Assembly (NCBI GenBank): GCA_017504995.1
Contig: JAFVQC010000054.1
Span: forward strand, 60-64,059
Length of the DNA: 64,000 nucleotides
Direction of reading: 5' to 3'
Origin: Clostridia bacterium
GTDB lineage: Bacteria; Bacillota; Clostridia; Oscillospirales; CAG-272
Shown: positions 39,628 through 48,507 of the stretch, one piece after another
How positions within the stretch are numbered: the first letter of the stretch is position 1
How the letters are laid out: every line of letters begins with the position of its first letter
Made by a program: the position numbers and the translations under genes
The notes under the pieces: model-generated
The model's input: only the letters and a program-made list of their open reading frames with translations
Told to the model about the DNA's origin: nothing
The model's database searches: none

Positions 39628-40452
39628 ATGACAGTCAAAGAAAAAATTCAAGTGCTTGTTGAAAAGAACGAATACGATTTTGAAGATCTGGTGACGATAT
39701 TGGAGGTGCTTCGCTCCGATATTGGTTGCCCGTGGGATCGGGAGCAGGATCACAAGAGTATTCGAAAGGATCTGATCGAGGAAACCTACGAGGTGATCGA
39801 GGCGATCGATACGGAGAATCCCGAGCTTTTGAGAGAGGAATTGGGTGACGTTTTGTTGCAGGTGGTATTCCACGCTCAAATTGAAACCGAAGCAGAGTGC
39901 TTCGACATTCACGACGTGGCAAACGATATTTGCGTGAAGCTCATTCACCGCCATCCTCACGTATTTGGAACGGTAGAGGCAAATACCTCTGCGGAGGTTC
40001 TTTCCAATTGGGAGAAGATCAAAAGCGAAGAGAAGGAGCGAAAGACGGTTACGAATAAGCTTCGTGCCATTCCGCCCATGCTTCCCGCCTTAATGCGGGC
40101 AGAGAAGGTGGGGAAAAAGGCAAAGTGCTTTGATTTCGCCGACGCAAGTGAGGTGATGGAGAAGATTCGGGAAGAGCTTGCCGAGCTGGAGGACGCCGTG
40201 GCGAAAGGTGAGAACGGAGACAGACTTTCCGAGGAAGCGGGAGATTTGCTGCTCAGCGTGACTTCTCTTTGTCGGAAGCTGAAAATCGATTCCGAGGTTG
40301 CCTTGACCCGAGCGACGGATAAGTTTATCGATCGGTTCGAGGGAGTGGAACGCGAGGTTTTGAAGAGTGGTCGCGATATAGAAACGGTAACGGTCGAAGA
40401 ACTGAATCGAATTTGGAATGAAAATAAACATAAAAGCGCAAAAATAAAATAA
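39628..40452 (+). CDS. mazG: Nucleoside triphosphate pyrophosphohydrolase MazG
   Basis: CPWDREQDHKSIRKDLIEETYEVIEAID and EELGDVLLQVVFH. Tandem MazG domains. 274 aa. Confidence 0.92.
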   Translation: MTVKEKIQVLVEKNEYDFEDLVTILEVLRSDIGCPWDREQDHKSIRKDLIEETYEVIEAIDTENPELLREELGDVLLQVVFHAQIETEAECFDIHDVANDICVKLIHRHPHVFGTVEANTSAEVLSNWEKIKSEEKERKTVTNKLRAIPPMLPALMRAEKVGKKAKCFDFADASEVMEKIREELAELEDAVAKGENGDRLSEEAGDLLLSVTSLCRKLKIDSEVALTRATDKFIDRFEGVEREVLKSGRDIETVTVEELNRIWNENKHKSAKIK

Positions 40453-40481
40453 ATTTATTGGGAAAAAAGTAAAAAAACCTC

Positions 40482-40510
40482 TTGCTATTTAAAAAAAAGT
40501 ATGGTATAAT
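40482..40510 (+). promoter_or_regulatory. Sigma-A promoter of hup
   Basis: TTGCTA (40482-40487), 17-nt spacer, TGgTATAAT (40502-40510). Confidence 0.65.
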
Positions 40511-40573
40511 TGATAACGTAAACTTGTGGGAAGCAACTCCCACTTAAATCAAAAAAAAGAAAGGAAAAAAATC

Positions 40574-40846
40574 ATGAACAAGACACAGTTGGTTGAAGTT
40601 GTTGCTCTGAAGTCCGGACTGAAGAAGAAAGAGGCAGAGGCAGCCGTAAACGCAATGACCGAGGCAATCGCAGAGGCGCTGAAGGCTGGCGATAAGGTTC
40701 AGCTGATCGGCTTTGGTACCTTCGAGGTGAAGGAGAGAGCCGCAAGAGACGGTCGTAACCCCAAGACCGGCGAGACCATCAAGATCGCGGCTTCCAAGCA
40801 CCCCTCCTTTGCGGCAGGCAAGGCTTTGAAGGATTCTTTGAACTAA
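40574..40846 (+). CDS. hup: DNA-binding protein HU
   Basis: [11 protein letters not shown]...[24 protein letters not shown]. 90 aa. The track start at 40526 is discounted. Confidence 0.95.
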   Translation: MNKTQLVEVVALKSGLKKKEAEAAVNAMTEAIAEALKAGDKVQLIGFGTFEVKERAARDGRNPKTGETIKIAASKHPSFAAGKALKDSLN

Positions 40847-40856
40847 TGGCTGATTT

Positions 40857-40896
40857 GAGAACGGTTGAAGAGTATTCGACCGTTCTCGGATTTTTT
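40857..40896 (+). terminator. Intrinsic terminator of hup
   Basis: 9-bp stem GAGAACGGT / ACCGTTCTC followed by GGATTTTTT. Confidence 0.75.
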
Positions 40897-40907
40897 GGAG
40901 AGAAAAC

Positions 40908-41153
40908 ATGAGATTGGATAAATATTTAAAGGTTTCGAGGATCATTAAGCGCCGTACTGTGGCGAACGATGCCTGTGATACAGAGCACGTTTCGGTCAAC
41001 GGCAGACGTGCAAAGGCATCCTACGACGTAAAGGAGGGCGACGTGATCGAGATCGCCTTCGGACAGAGAACGCTGAAGCTCAGAGTGTTGACGGTGAGGG
41101 ACTCTGTTGCTAAGGCGGATGCCGCGAGTATGTACGAGATTATCGAAGAATAA
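40908..41153 (+). CDS. yabO: S4-domain RNA-binding protein (YabO/Hsp15-like)
   Basis: MRLDKYLKVSRIIKRRTVANDACD...V.VNGRRAKASYDVKEGDVIEI is a typical S4 fold. Confidence 0.85.
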   Translation: MRLDKYLKVSRIIKRRTVANDACDTEHVSVNGRRAKASYDVKEGDVIEIAFGQRTLKLRVLTVRDSVAKADAASMYEIIEE

Positions 41154-41171
41154 CGGAATAAACGAAAGACG

Positions 41172-41210
41172 CTCCGCATATGATGAACTACATCAATGCG
41201 GAGGTTTTTT
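41172..41210 (+). terminator. Terminator-like hairpin whose 3' arm contains the yabP Shine-Dalgarno
   Basis: 8-bp stem CTCCGCAT (41172-41179) / ATGCGGAG (41196-41203), then GTTTTTT directly abutting the ATG at 41211. Confidence 0.55.
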
Positions 41211-41489
41211 ATGAACGGACAAACTGAGAAGCAGCATCATGAATTTACGGTAAATATGAGAAGGGAAATGAAAATAGAGGGTGTCAGAGAGGTAGACCGC
41301 TTTGACGAGACGGAGGTGGTCTTGCGCACCGCAGGGGGAGAGATGACTGTGGAGGGGAGTGAATTGAAGATCGGTGTTCTGGATACCCAGAAGGGGGTGG
41401 TAACCCTCAGCGGTCGGATCGACGGTGTGTTTTATTCCGCGGAGAATACGGAGGAAAAGAAAGGCTTCCTCGGAAGGCTGTTGCGGTAA
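41211..41489 (+). CDS. yabP: Sporulation protein YabP
   Basis: HEFTVNMRREMKIEGVREVDRFDETEVVLRTAGGEMTVEGSELKI resembles the YabP family. ATG at 41211, 6 nt after GGAGG. Confidence 0.82.
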   Translation: MNGQTEKQHHEFTVNMRREMKIEGVREVDRFDETEVVLRTAGGEMTVEGSELKIGVLDTQKGVVTLSGRIDGVFYSAENTEEKKGFLGRLLR

Positions 41490-41494
41490 TCGGA

Positions 41495-42127
41495 ATGGCG
41501 ATCTCTCCGATCCTTTTGCTTTGGCTCTTGGTCTGTTCCTTCTTTTTTGGCACGGCTGTAGGCGTGTTGAACGACGTGTTTCGGCTCAGTCGGGTCTTGC
41601 TTGGCGTTCGTTATTCCAAGCGGCGGTGGGAGGGACTTTACCGAATGCCGCTGCCATTCTTAAAGCGTCCCCTTCGTTCTTCCGCGGATTCACCCACGGC
41701 ACGGAAGCTGTTGCCGGTTTTGATTTTCTTCCAGGACGTGTTGCTGTTCGTTTTTGCGGCTGTGGGAACGGTGGTGTTGAATTATTATTTTAATCATGGC
41801 AGATTTCGTATTTTTACCGTTCTTGCGGTACTCGTGGGCTTTTTGATATACTACTTTACGGTGGGAAGATTGGTTATGCTCTTGTCTGAGCCACTTGCCT
41901 TTTTCGTCAGAGCTTGCGTTCGGTTGACGGTATTCTTGGCTTTTCGTCCTTTTGCTATCTTTTTTGACTTTTTTGGAAAAAATGTCAAAAAAATCAAAGA
42001 AAATATCAAAAAAACTATTGCAAACAGACGAAAGAAGGTGTATAATATTGGTAAGAGAAAAGAAATGATGCGGCAAGCGACGCAGGGGTTTCTTGAAATT
42101 ACAAAAAAACGACGCGCAAATGAGTAG
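41495..42127 (+). CDS. yabQ: Spore cortex biosynthesis protein YabQ
   Basis: Multi-TM protein directly after yabP. N-terminus LLWLLVCSFFFGTAVGVLNDVFRL is YabQ-like. Lys-rich C-terminus. Confidence 0.65.
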   Translation: MAISPILLLWLLVCSFFFGTAVGVLNDVFRLSRVLLGVRYSKRRWEGLYRMPLPFLKRPLRSSADSPTARKLLPVLIFFQDVLLFVFAAVGTVVLNYYFNHGRFRIFTVLAVLVGFLIYYFTVGRLVMLLSEPLAFFVRACVRLTVFLAFRPFAIFFDFFGKNVKKIKENIKKTIANRRKKVYNIGKRKEMMRQATQGFLEITKKRRANE

Positions 42128-42141
42128 GATGGGGAGACTTC

Positions 42142-42444
42142 ATGACGCCCAAAAAATATTTTACAGGTAAAAAAACAACCGTTACGGTATTGATACAGGG
42201 ATTTCTTGTATGCCTGTTCGTGTTTTCCGTGGTCTTTTTCGTGTGGAGCTTGATGCAATACAATGAGATCATGAAGGACAAAAAAGAGGACGCTGCATAT
42301 ATCGAACAGCTACAGGATGAAATTGAAGAATTGGAATATCTGATCGAAGCACCGTTGGACGATGCCTTTAAGGTTCGTATTGCCCGCGAAAAGCTTGGTA
42401 TGTGTTTTCCCGACGAGATCATTTTTTATACGGAAATGGAATAA
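42142..42444 (+). CDS. divIC: Septum formation initiator (DivIC/FtsB family)
   Basis: 100 aa with a single TM followed by a coiled coil (EDAAYIEQLQDEIEELEYLIE) and ARE.LGM. Position after yabQ. Confidence 0.7.
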   Translation: MTPKKYFTGKKTTVTVLIQGFLVCLFVFSVVFFVWSLMQYNEIMKDKKEDAAYIEQLQDEIEELEYLIEAPLDDAFKVRIAREKLGMCFPDEIIFYTEME

Positions 42445-42520
42445 GACGGTACATAGAGTTCACTCTTGCTTGGAACAATAGATAGTAAGAAAAGAACTTG
42501 TTTTGGGAAGGTGTGACACG

Positions 42521-44446
42521 ATGCGATCAGATCAACAATTGGCGCCCTATTTGTTCCATCAGGGTACAAACTATATGGCGCATCACTATATGGGCGTACA
42601 TTCGGTGGATACGGGCTTCGTATTCCGTGTTTGGGCGCCAAACGCGGAGCGCGTGTTTGTGATTGGCGATTTCAACGAATGGGGCGACGGAGACCCTATG
42701 AATCACGTGACCGAGGGGGGGATTTGGGAGACCTTTGTTCCCAAGGATCGCGCAAAACGCGGAGATCGGTATAAATATAAAATCATCGGATCGGGAAAAA
42801 CCGTTTACAAATCCGATCCTTATGGGGTGCGCACCGAGCGCTATCCCGAAACCGCGACGGTGATCGATGAAATCGAAGGGTATCGTTGGCGGGATCAAGG
42901 ATGGTTATCCTATCGGAAAAGCAAGGCGGGGCAGACCTATGCCGAGCCAATGAATATTTACGAGGTTCACCTCGGATCGTGGAAACGGCACGAGGACGGC
43001 TCCTATTATACCTATGAGGAGCTTGCGCGGGAGCTTGCGCCCTACGTCAAGCAGATGGGATATACCCACGTGGAGCTGATGCCCGTGATGGAGCATCCCT
43101 TTGACGGTTCGTGGGGCTATCAGATCTGCTCCTATTACGCGCCTACGGCGCGGTTTGGCTCTCCCAAGGATTTTATGGGCTTCGTGGATACGATGCACGA
43201 GGCGGGGATCGGCGTGATCCTCGATTGGGTTCCAGCTCATTTCCCAAAGGACGAGCATGGGCTTTACGAATTTGACGGGAAGCCGTTGTATGAATATCAA
43301 GGCTACGACCGTATGGAGCATCGCGGTTGGGGAACTCGGCGCTTTGACGTGGGACGCAACGAGGTACAATGCTTTCTCGTTTCCAACGCGATGTTCTGGA
43401 TCGAGCAGTATCATGCCGACGGACTTCGGGTGGACGCGGTGGCATCTATGTTGTATCTGGATTACGATAAAGGGGCAGGGGAGTGGATTCCCAACGAATA
43501 CGGAGATCACCGCTGTCTTGAGGCAATTGCTTTTTTCAGAAAGTTGAACGGATGTATCAAGGAATATCATCCCGACGTGTTGATGATCGCCGAGGAATCT
43601 ACTGCGTGGCCCCACGTCACGGGCTTTGATGAGGACGGGCTTGGCTTCGATCTGAAGTGGAATATGGGGTGGATGAACGATACGCTGTCGTATGCCGTGC
43701 TGGATCCCATCTATCGGAAGTACCATCACGAGCGACTGACCTTTTCCATGACCTATGCCTTCAGCGAACGCTATGTGTTACCGATTTCCCATGACGAGGT
43801 GGTTCACCTGAAGCGTTCCTTCCTGGACAAAATGTCGGGGGATTACTGGCAGAAGTTCGCAAGCGCGCGAGCGTTTATGGGGTATATGATGACGCTTCCC
43901 GGTAAAAAGCTGAGTTTTATGGGGAATGAGATCGGCCAGTTTGCCGAATGGAACGCGGACAAAGAATTGGATTGGTTTTTATTGGAGTATGAGTCCCACG
44001 CAAAATACCAACGGTATATTTCGCGTTTAAATCACCTATATCTGAAAACTTCCGCGCTGTGGCAGATCGACGATTCATGGGACGGCTTTCAGTGGATCAA
44101 TGCGGATGATCGGGATAACAGCATGCTGGCGTATCGACGGATCGACCGTGTGGGAAACGAGGTGATCGTGGTGATCAATTTTACCCCTGTGGTAAGAGAA
44201 GACTATCCCATTGCAGTTTCTGCGGATGGAATCTACGAGGAGCTGTTGAATTCCGACGACGAGTCCTTCGGCGGAAGCGGTGTGGTGAATTTGGGCGACT
44301 TGCATACCTTGGAGAAAAAGCCAAACGAGGAGATGACCTCTCTGTTGCTGCGGATTCCGCCTCTCGGTATGATGGTGTTGCGCTGTAAAGAGAAAAAACA
44401 GAAAACGGAAAAGAACGATCAATTCGAGCATGAAGCTGTGTTTTAA
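42521..44446 (+). CDS. glgB: 1,4-alpha-glucan branching enzyme (bacterial GH13_9 type)
   Basis: GH13 regions DWVPAHF, GLRVDAVASM, MIAEESTAWP, LPISHDEVVH. ATG at 42521 after GGGAAGGTG. The track TTG at 42503 is discounted. Confidence 0.93.
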   Translation: MRSDQQLAPYLFHQGTNYMAHHYMGVHSVDTGFVFRVWAPNAERVFVIGDFNEWGDGDPMNHVTEGGIWETFVPKDRAKRGDRYKYKIIGSGKTVYKSDPYGVRTERYPETATVIDEIEGYRWRDQGWLSYRKSKAGQTYAEPMNIYEVHLGSWKRHEDGSYYTYEELARELAPYVKQMGYTHVELMPVMEHPFDGSWGYQICSYYAPTARFGSPKDFMGFVDTMHEAGIGVILDWVPAHFPKDEHGLYEFDGKPLYEYQGYDRMEHRGWGTRRFDVGRNEVQCFLVSNAMFWIEQYHADGLRVDAVASMLYLDYDKGAGEWIPNEYGDHRCLEAIAFFRKLNGCIKEYHPDVLMIAEESTAWPHVTGFDEDGLGFDLKWNMGWMNDTLSYAVLDPIYRKYHHERLTFSMTYAFSERYVLPISHDEVVHLKRSFLDKMSGDYWQKFASARAFMGYMMTLPGKKLSFMGNEIGQFAEWNADKELDWFLLEYESHAKYQRYISRLNHLYLKTSALWQIDDSWDGFQWINADDRDNSMLAYRRIDRVGNEVIVVINFTPVVREDYPIAVSADGIYEELLNSDDESFGGSGVVNLGDLHTLEKKPNEEMTSLLLRIPPLGMMVLRCKEKKQKTEKNDQFEHEAVF

Positions 44447-44482
44447 TACAAAAAGAAAATAAATGAAAAAACGGAGGGAATT

Positions 44483-45694
44483 ATGTTCAGAAAGAAAGAA
44501 TGTGTTGCCATGCTTTTGGCAGGCGGTCAGGGAAGCCGTCTTTATGCGCTGACTGAAAAAACCGCAAAGCCCGCGGTTCCTTACGGAGGAAAATATCGAA
44601 TCATCGACTTCCCCTTATCCAACTGTGTCAATTCGGGAATTGACACGGTTGGCGTACTTACCCAATATCAACCTCTCGTATTGAACGAATATATTGGAAA
44701 CGGTCTGCCTTGGGATCTGGACCGCGCCTTCGGAGGGGTGAAGATCCTGCCTCCTTATCAAGGAAAGAAGGGCGCGGATTGGTATAAGGGAACGGCAAAC
44801 GCCATTTATCAGAATCTGGAGTTCATTGATCGGTACGACCCCGATTACGTCCTGATTTTGTCGGGCGACCATATTTATAAGATGGACTATGCGAAAATGC
44901 TGGACTACCACAAAAAGAAGAAGGCGGACTGCACCATTGCCGTCATTGACGTTCCGCTGAAGGAAGCAAGTCGTTTTGGCATTATGAGCGCCGACGAGGA
45001 AGGTCGGATCTATAAATTTGCGGAGAAGCCGAAGAATCCCGAAAGCACCAATGCGTCGATGGGAATTTATATTTTTTCGAAGGAGGTGCTGTTCCGCTAT
45101 TTGAGAGAGGACGCAGCCGATCCTGCCAGCTCCAATGATTTCGGTAAGAATATTATCCCGTCTATGCTGGCAAATCAGGAAAAACTGTACGCCTATCCCT
45201 TTGCGGGCTATTGGAAGGACGTAGGAACGATCGCTTCTTTGTGGGAAGCCAATATGGATCTTCTGGGTGACGTGCCCACGCTTTCCCTGAACGACGAGGA
45301 TTGGCGGATCTATTCCCGTCACGATCCTCATGCGCCGCAGGTGGTAGGACCGAATGCGGTCATTGAGAACAGTACCATTACCGAGGGCTGTGAGATCTAC
45401 GGAACGGTTCGTAATTCCGTTCTTGGCGCTGGCGTGCGAGTGATGGAAAACGCGGTAGTTGCCAATTCGGTGATTATGGAGGACGTGGTGATCGAGGCCG
45501 ACACCGAGGTCAACTATGCGATCGTTGACGCAAACGTGAAGATCGGCGAGGGCTGCCGCATTGGCGAGGTGCAGAAAAAAATGAAGGGAATCACGGTGAT
45601 CGCTACGGGCTTGAAACTGCCGAAGGGCGTGACGGTCGGGGCAAACGAAATGATTACCGAGCTTTCCGATATCAAGACGAAGGAGGTAAAGTAA
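44483..45694 (+). CDS. glgC: Glucose-1-phosphate adenylyltransferase
   Basis: [42 protein letters not shown]. Confidence 0.95.
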   Translation: MFRKKECVAMLLAGGQGSRLYALTEKTAKPAVPYGGKYRIIDFPLSNCVNSGIDTVGVLTQYQPLVLNEYIGNGLPWDLDRAFGGVKILPPYQGKKGADWYKGTANAIYQNLEFIDRYDPDYVLILSGDHIYKMDYAKMLDYHKKKKADCTIAVIDVPLKEASRFGIMSADEEGRIYKFAEKPKNPESTNASMGIYIFSKEVLFRYLREDAADPASSNDFGKNIIPSMLANQEKLYAYPFAGYWKDVGTIASLWEANMDLLGDVPTLSLNDEDWRIYSRHDPHAPQVVGPNAVIENSTITEGCEIYGTVRNSVLGAGVRVMENAVVANSVIMEDVVIEADTEVNYAIVDANVKIGEGCRIGEVQKKMKGITVIATGLKLPKGVTVGANEMITELSDIKTKEVK

Positions 45695-45695
45695 C

Positions 45696-46826
45696 GTGGG
45701 AGTTGCAGGTTTGATTTTTTCCAATATACATAATTCTTCCATTCCGGAGCTGACGAACGTCAGAACCATGGCGTCTGTTCCCTTTGGATGCCGATACCGT
45801 CTGGTGGATTTTCCTTTGTCCAACATGGTGAATTCGGGGATCAACAAGATCGGTATTATTACGCATAACAATTACCAGTCCTTGATGGATCATATCGGCA
45901 CGGGAAAGGATTGGGATCTGGCGCGCCGTTCGGGCGGTATCAAGATCCTGCCGCCCTTTATTACCACCTACGATGCGGGCGGACGGCATCTTTATACCAC
46001 TCGACTGGAGGCCCTGATGGGCGTGGTCAATTTCATTTCCCGTTGCGACGAGGATTATATCGTGCTTTCGGATTGCGACGGCATTTGCAATATTGATCTG
46101 TCTGAAGTGGTTACGAAGCATATCGATATGGGGGCGGATCTTACGATCGTAACGAGAAAGGTCCCCGTAGACGGCACGGGCGTTGCGCAGGGAAGTCACG
46201 TGATCCTTTCCGACGGTGAGGGCAGAATTACCGACGCTACCGCATACACGCTGGGTGCGACCGTTTCGGAGATCAGCACCAATATTATGGTTGCGAACAG
46301 AACGTTTCTGTTGACCGTGATCAACGAAGCTACGGCGCACGGCTATTCCCATTTCTATCGGGATATCGTAGCAGGTCGGGCCAACAAAGCGCGTCTCTTC
46401 CGTTATCTTTACGAGGGAATTTATATTCAGATCACCTCGTTGGAGAGCTATTTCTCCAATTCCATGAAGCTGTTGGATCCAGAGGTTCGTGATGGTTTGT
46501 TCAACGTGACGGGACGTCCCGTTTATACCAAGCTTCGCAATTCCGCGCCTACCCGTTACACAGGGGATTCTAAAGTGACGAACAGCTACGTGGCGGACGG
46601 TTGTGTGATCGAGGGAACGGTAGAGAACTCCATTTTGTTCCGCGGCGTTCGCGTCGGCAAGGGGACGGTAGTGAAAAATTCCATTTTGTTGCAGGACACC
46701 TTTACGGGTAATAATGTTTCACTCAATTGTGTGATTGCTGACAAAAACGTGGTGATTCGGGACGAAAGAATGCTTTCGGGACATGAATCTATGCCGTTTT
46801 TCATTCCCAAAGGAATGATGGTGTAA
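45696..46826 (+). CDS. glgD: Glucose-1-phosphate adenylyltransferase regulatory subunit GlgD
   Basis: GTG start 8 nt after AAGGAGG. RTMASVPFGCRYRLVDFPLSNMVNSGI is paralogous to GlgC but lacks the GGxGxRL loop. Confidence 0.88.
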   Translation: MGVAGLIFSNIHNSSIPELTNVRTMASVPFGCRYRLVDFPLSNMVNSGINKIGIITHNNYQSLMDHIGTGKDWDLARRSGGIKILPPFITTYDAGGRHLYTTRLEALMGVVNFISRCDEDYIVLSDCDGICNIDLSEVVTKHIDMGADLTIVTRKVPVDGTGVAQGSHVILSDGEGRITDATAYTLGATVSEISTNIMVANRTFLLTVINEATAHGYSHFYRDIVAGRANKARLFRYLYEGIYIQITSLESYFSNSMKLLDPEVRDGLFNVTGRPVYTKLRNSAPTRYTGDSKVTNSYVADGCVIEGTVENSILFRGVRVGKGTVVKNSILLQDTFTGNNVSLNCVIADKNVVIRDERMLSGHESMPFFIPKGMMV

Positions 46827-46836
46827 ATATTTTTCG

Positions 46837-46870
46837 AAATGCCGTTGAAATCAACGGCATTTCGTGATTT
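46837..46870 (+). terminator. Hairpin / partial terminator between glgD and glgA
   Basis: Stem AAATGCCGTTGA / TCAACGGCATTT, then CGTGATTTT. Confidence 0.55.
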
Positions 46871-46910
46871 TGCGGTTGTTTTTTTGTACTGTTTTTTGAC
46901 TAAAACAGGA

Positions 46911-46939
46911 TTGAAAAAAAAGAAAAACTATGATATAAT
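46911..46939 (+). promoter_or_regulatory. Internal sigma-A promoter ahead of glgA
   Basis: TTGAAA (46911-46916), 17-nt spacer, TGaTATAAT (46931-46939). Confidence 0.6.
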
Positions 46940-46991
46940 GTATATTGGGTAAGTTTATATCTTAAAATAACATACACAGAGGGAAAAGCGT

Positions 46992-48431
46992 ATGAAAAAG
47001 ATTTTGTTTATCGGAGCAGAAGCCATGCCCTTTGCCGCAACGGGCGGACTTGGAGATGTGATTGGTTCTCTCCCCGCGGCAATTCAAGAGGCTGCGAAAG
47101 GAGACGCGGACGTTCGCGTGGTGATGCCTTTGTACGGAATGGTGTCGGATGCGTGGCGATCCCAAATGACTCTTGAGGCGGAATACGAGCTGTCGCTGTC
47201 TTGGAGACGGCAATATTGCGGTATTTATAGTCTGGTAAAAGACGGTGTGAAATATTATTTTATTGACAATGAGTACTATTTCAAACGAAGCACGCTTTAC
47301 GGTAATTTTGACGACGGAGAACGTTTTGCCTTTTTCTGCAAGGCAGCGATCGATATGTTGGGGGTGATCGGCTTTTATCCCGACGTGATCCACGCCCACG
47401 ATTGGCAGGCGGCGTTGAGTCTGGTCTATCTGGATCGAAAATACCGTCAGATCGAGGGTTATGAGGCGATCAAAACGGTGTTTACCATTCATAACATTGA
47501 ATATCAGGGCAAATACGATTTTTCCATTCTCGGCGACGTGTTTGAACTCGGCGAGGCGGAGCGCCATATCATGGAATACGAGGGATGTATCAATTTGATG
47601 AAGGGCGCGATCGTTTGCGCCAACAAGGTCAGCACCGTTAGCCCTCGCTATGCTGAGGAGATCCGTTCGGCGGAATACGCCCACGGCTTGGATCGGTTAT
47701 TAGAGGAAAATTCCGATAAGCTGTGCGGAATTTTGAACGGAATCGATTACGATTACTATAATCCTGCCAGAAAGGGTAGTATCGCGAAGAATTTCACTTG
47801 GCGGTCTATCCCCTCAAAATATGAGAATAAGACGGCGCTGCAAAGGGAAGTGAGCTTGCCCGAACGAACCGACGTTCCGCTGATCTCGGTGATTTCCCGT
47901 CTGGCGTCCCATAAGGGCTTGGATCTGATTCGCGAGATGGCGTACGAGCTGATGCGTACCCGTGACGCGCAATTGGTCGTTCTCGGCAAGGGAGAGGCGA
48001 TCTACGAGAGCTTTTTCGCAGAGCTGGAACAAGCGTTTCCCGATAAAGTCAGAGCGCTTCTGACCTACGACAGAGATCTTGCGGTGCGCATCTACGCCGC
48101 CACGGATATTTTCCTGATGCCATCCAAGAGCGAACCATGCGGCTTGTCTCAAATGATCGCGTCTCGCTACGGCGCGATTCCCGTAACCAGAGAGACGGGC
48201 GGTCTTTACGACTCTATCAAGGGATATTGGGAGGAAAAGGATCAAATTCACGGCAACGGATTTACCTTTGCGAACTATTCTTCGGCGGAGCTTGCCGAAC
48301 GCACAGGCGCCGCAATCGATCTGTGGTGTGACGAGGAAAAACGGAGACGGTTTGTCAGCCGCATCATGCGCACGGATTTTTCTTGGAACGCGTCTGCAAT
48401 CCAATATATTCGGATGTATGAGTCTTTATAA
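46992..48431 (+). CDS. glgA: Glycogen synthase
   Basis: MKKILFIGAEAMPFAATGGLGDVIGSLP (KxGGL-type motif). GT5 architecture. 479 aa. Confidence 0.95.
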   Translation: MKKILFIGAEAMPFAATGGLGDVIGSLPAAIQEAAKGDADVRVVMPLYGMVSDAWRSQMTLEAEYELSLSWRRQYCGIYSLVKDGVKYYFIDNEYYFKRSTLYGNFDDGERFAFFCKAAIDMLGVIGFYPDVIHAHDWQAALSLVYLDRKYRQIEGYEAIKTVFTIHNIEYQGKYDFSILGDVFELGEAERHIMEYEGCINLMKGAIVCANKVSTVSPRYAEEIRSAEYAHGLDRLLEENSDKLCGILNGIDYDYYNPARKGSIAKNFTWRSIPSKYENKTALQREVSLPERTDVPLISVISRLASHKGLDLIREMAYELMRTRDAQLVVLGKGEAIYESFFAELEQAFPDKVRALLTYDRDLAVRIYAATDIFLMPSKSEPCGLSQMIASRYGAIPVTRETGGLYDSIKGYWEEKDQIHGNGFTFANYSSAELAERTGAAIDLWCDEEKRRRFVSRIMRTDFSWNASAIQYIRMYESL

Positions 48432-48507
48432 TTTTATTGCATAGTAAACTATTTTGCCGCGAGGCGGTAGGGCGGAAATCCGCCCATTTGGAAAGGAATA
48501 AACGGAA

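Noticed and set aside
39628-40452. MazG as part of a mazEF toxin-antitoxin or abortive-infection context.
   Set aside because: No mazE/mazF-like small ORFs flank it. The position is the conserved yabN slot of the sporulation-linked cluster.
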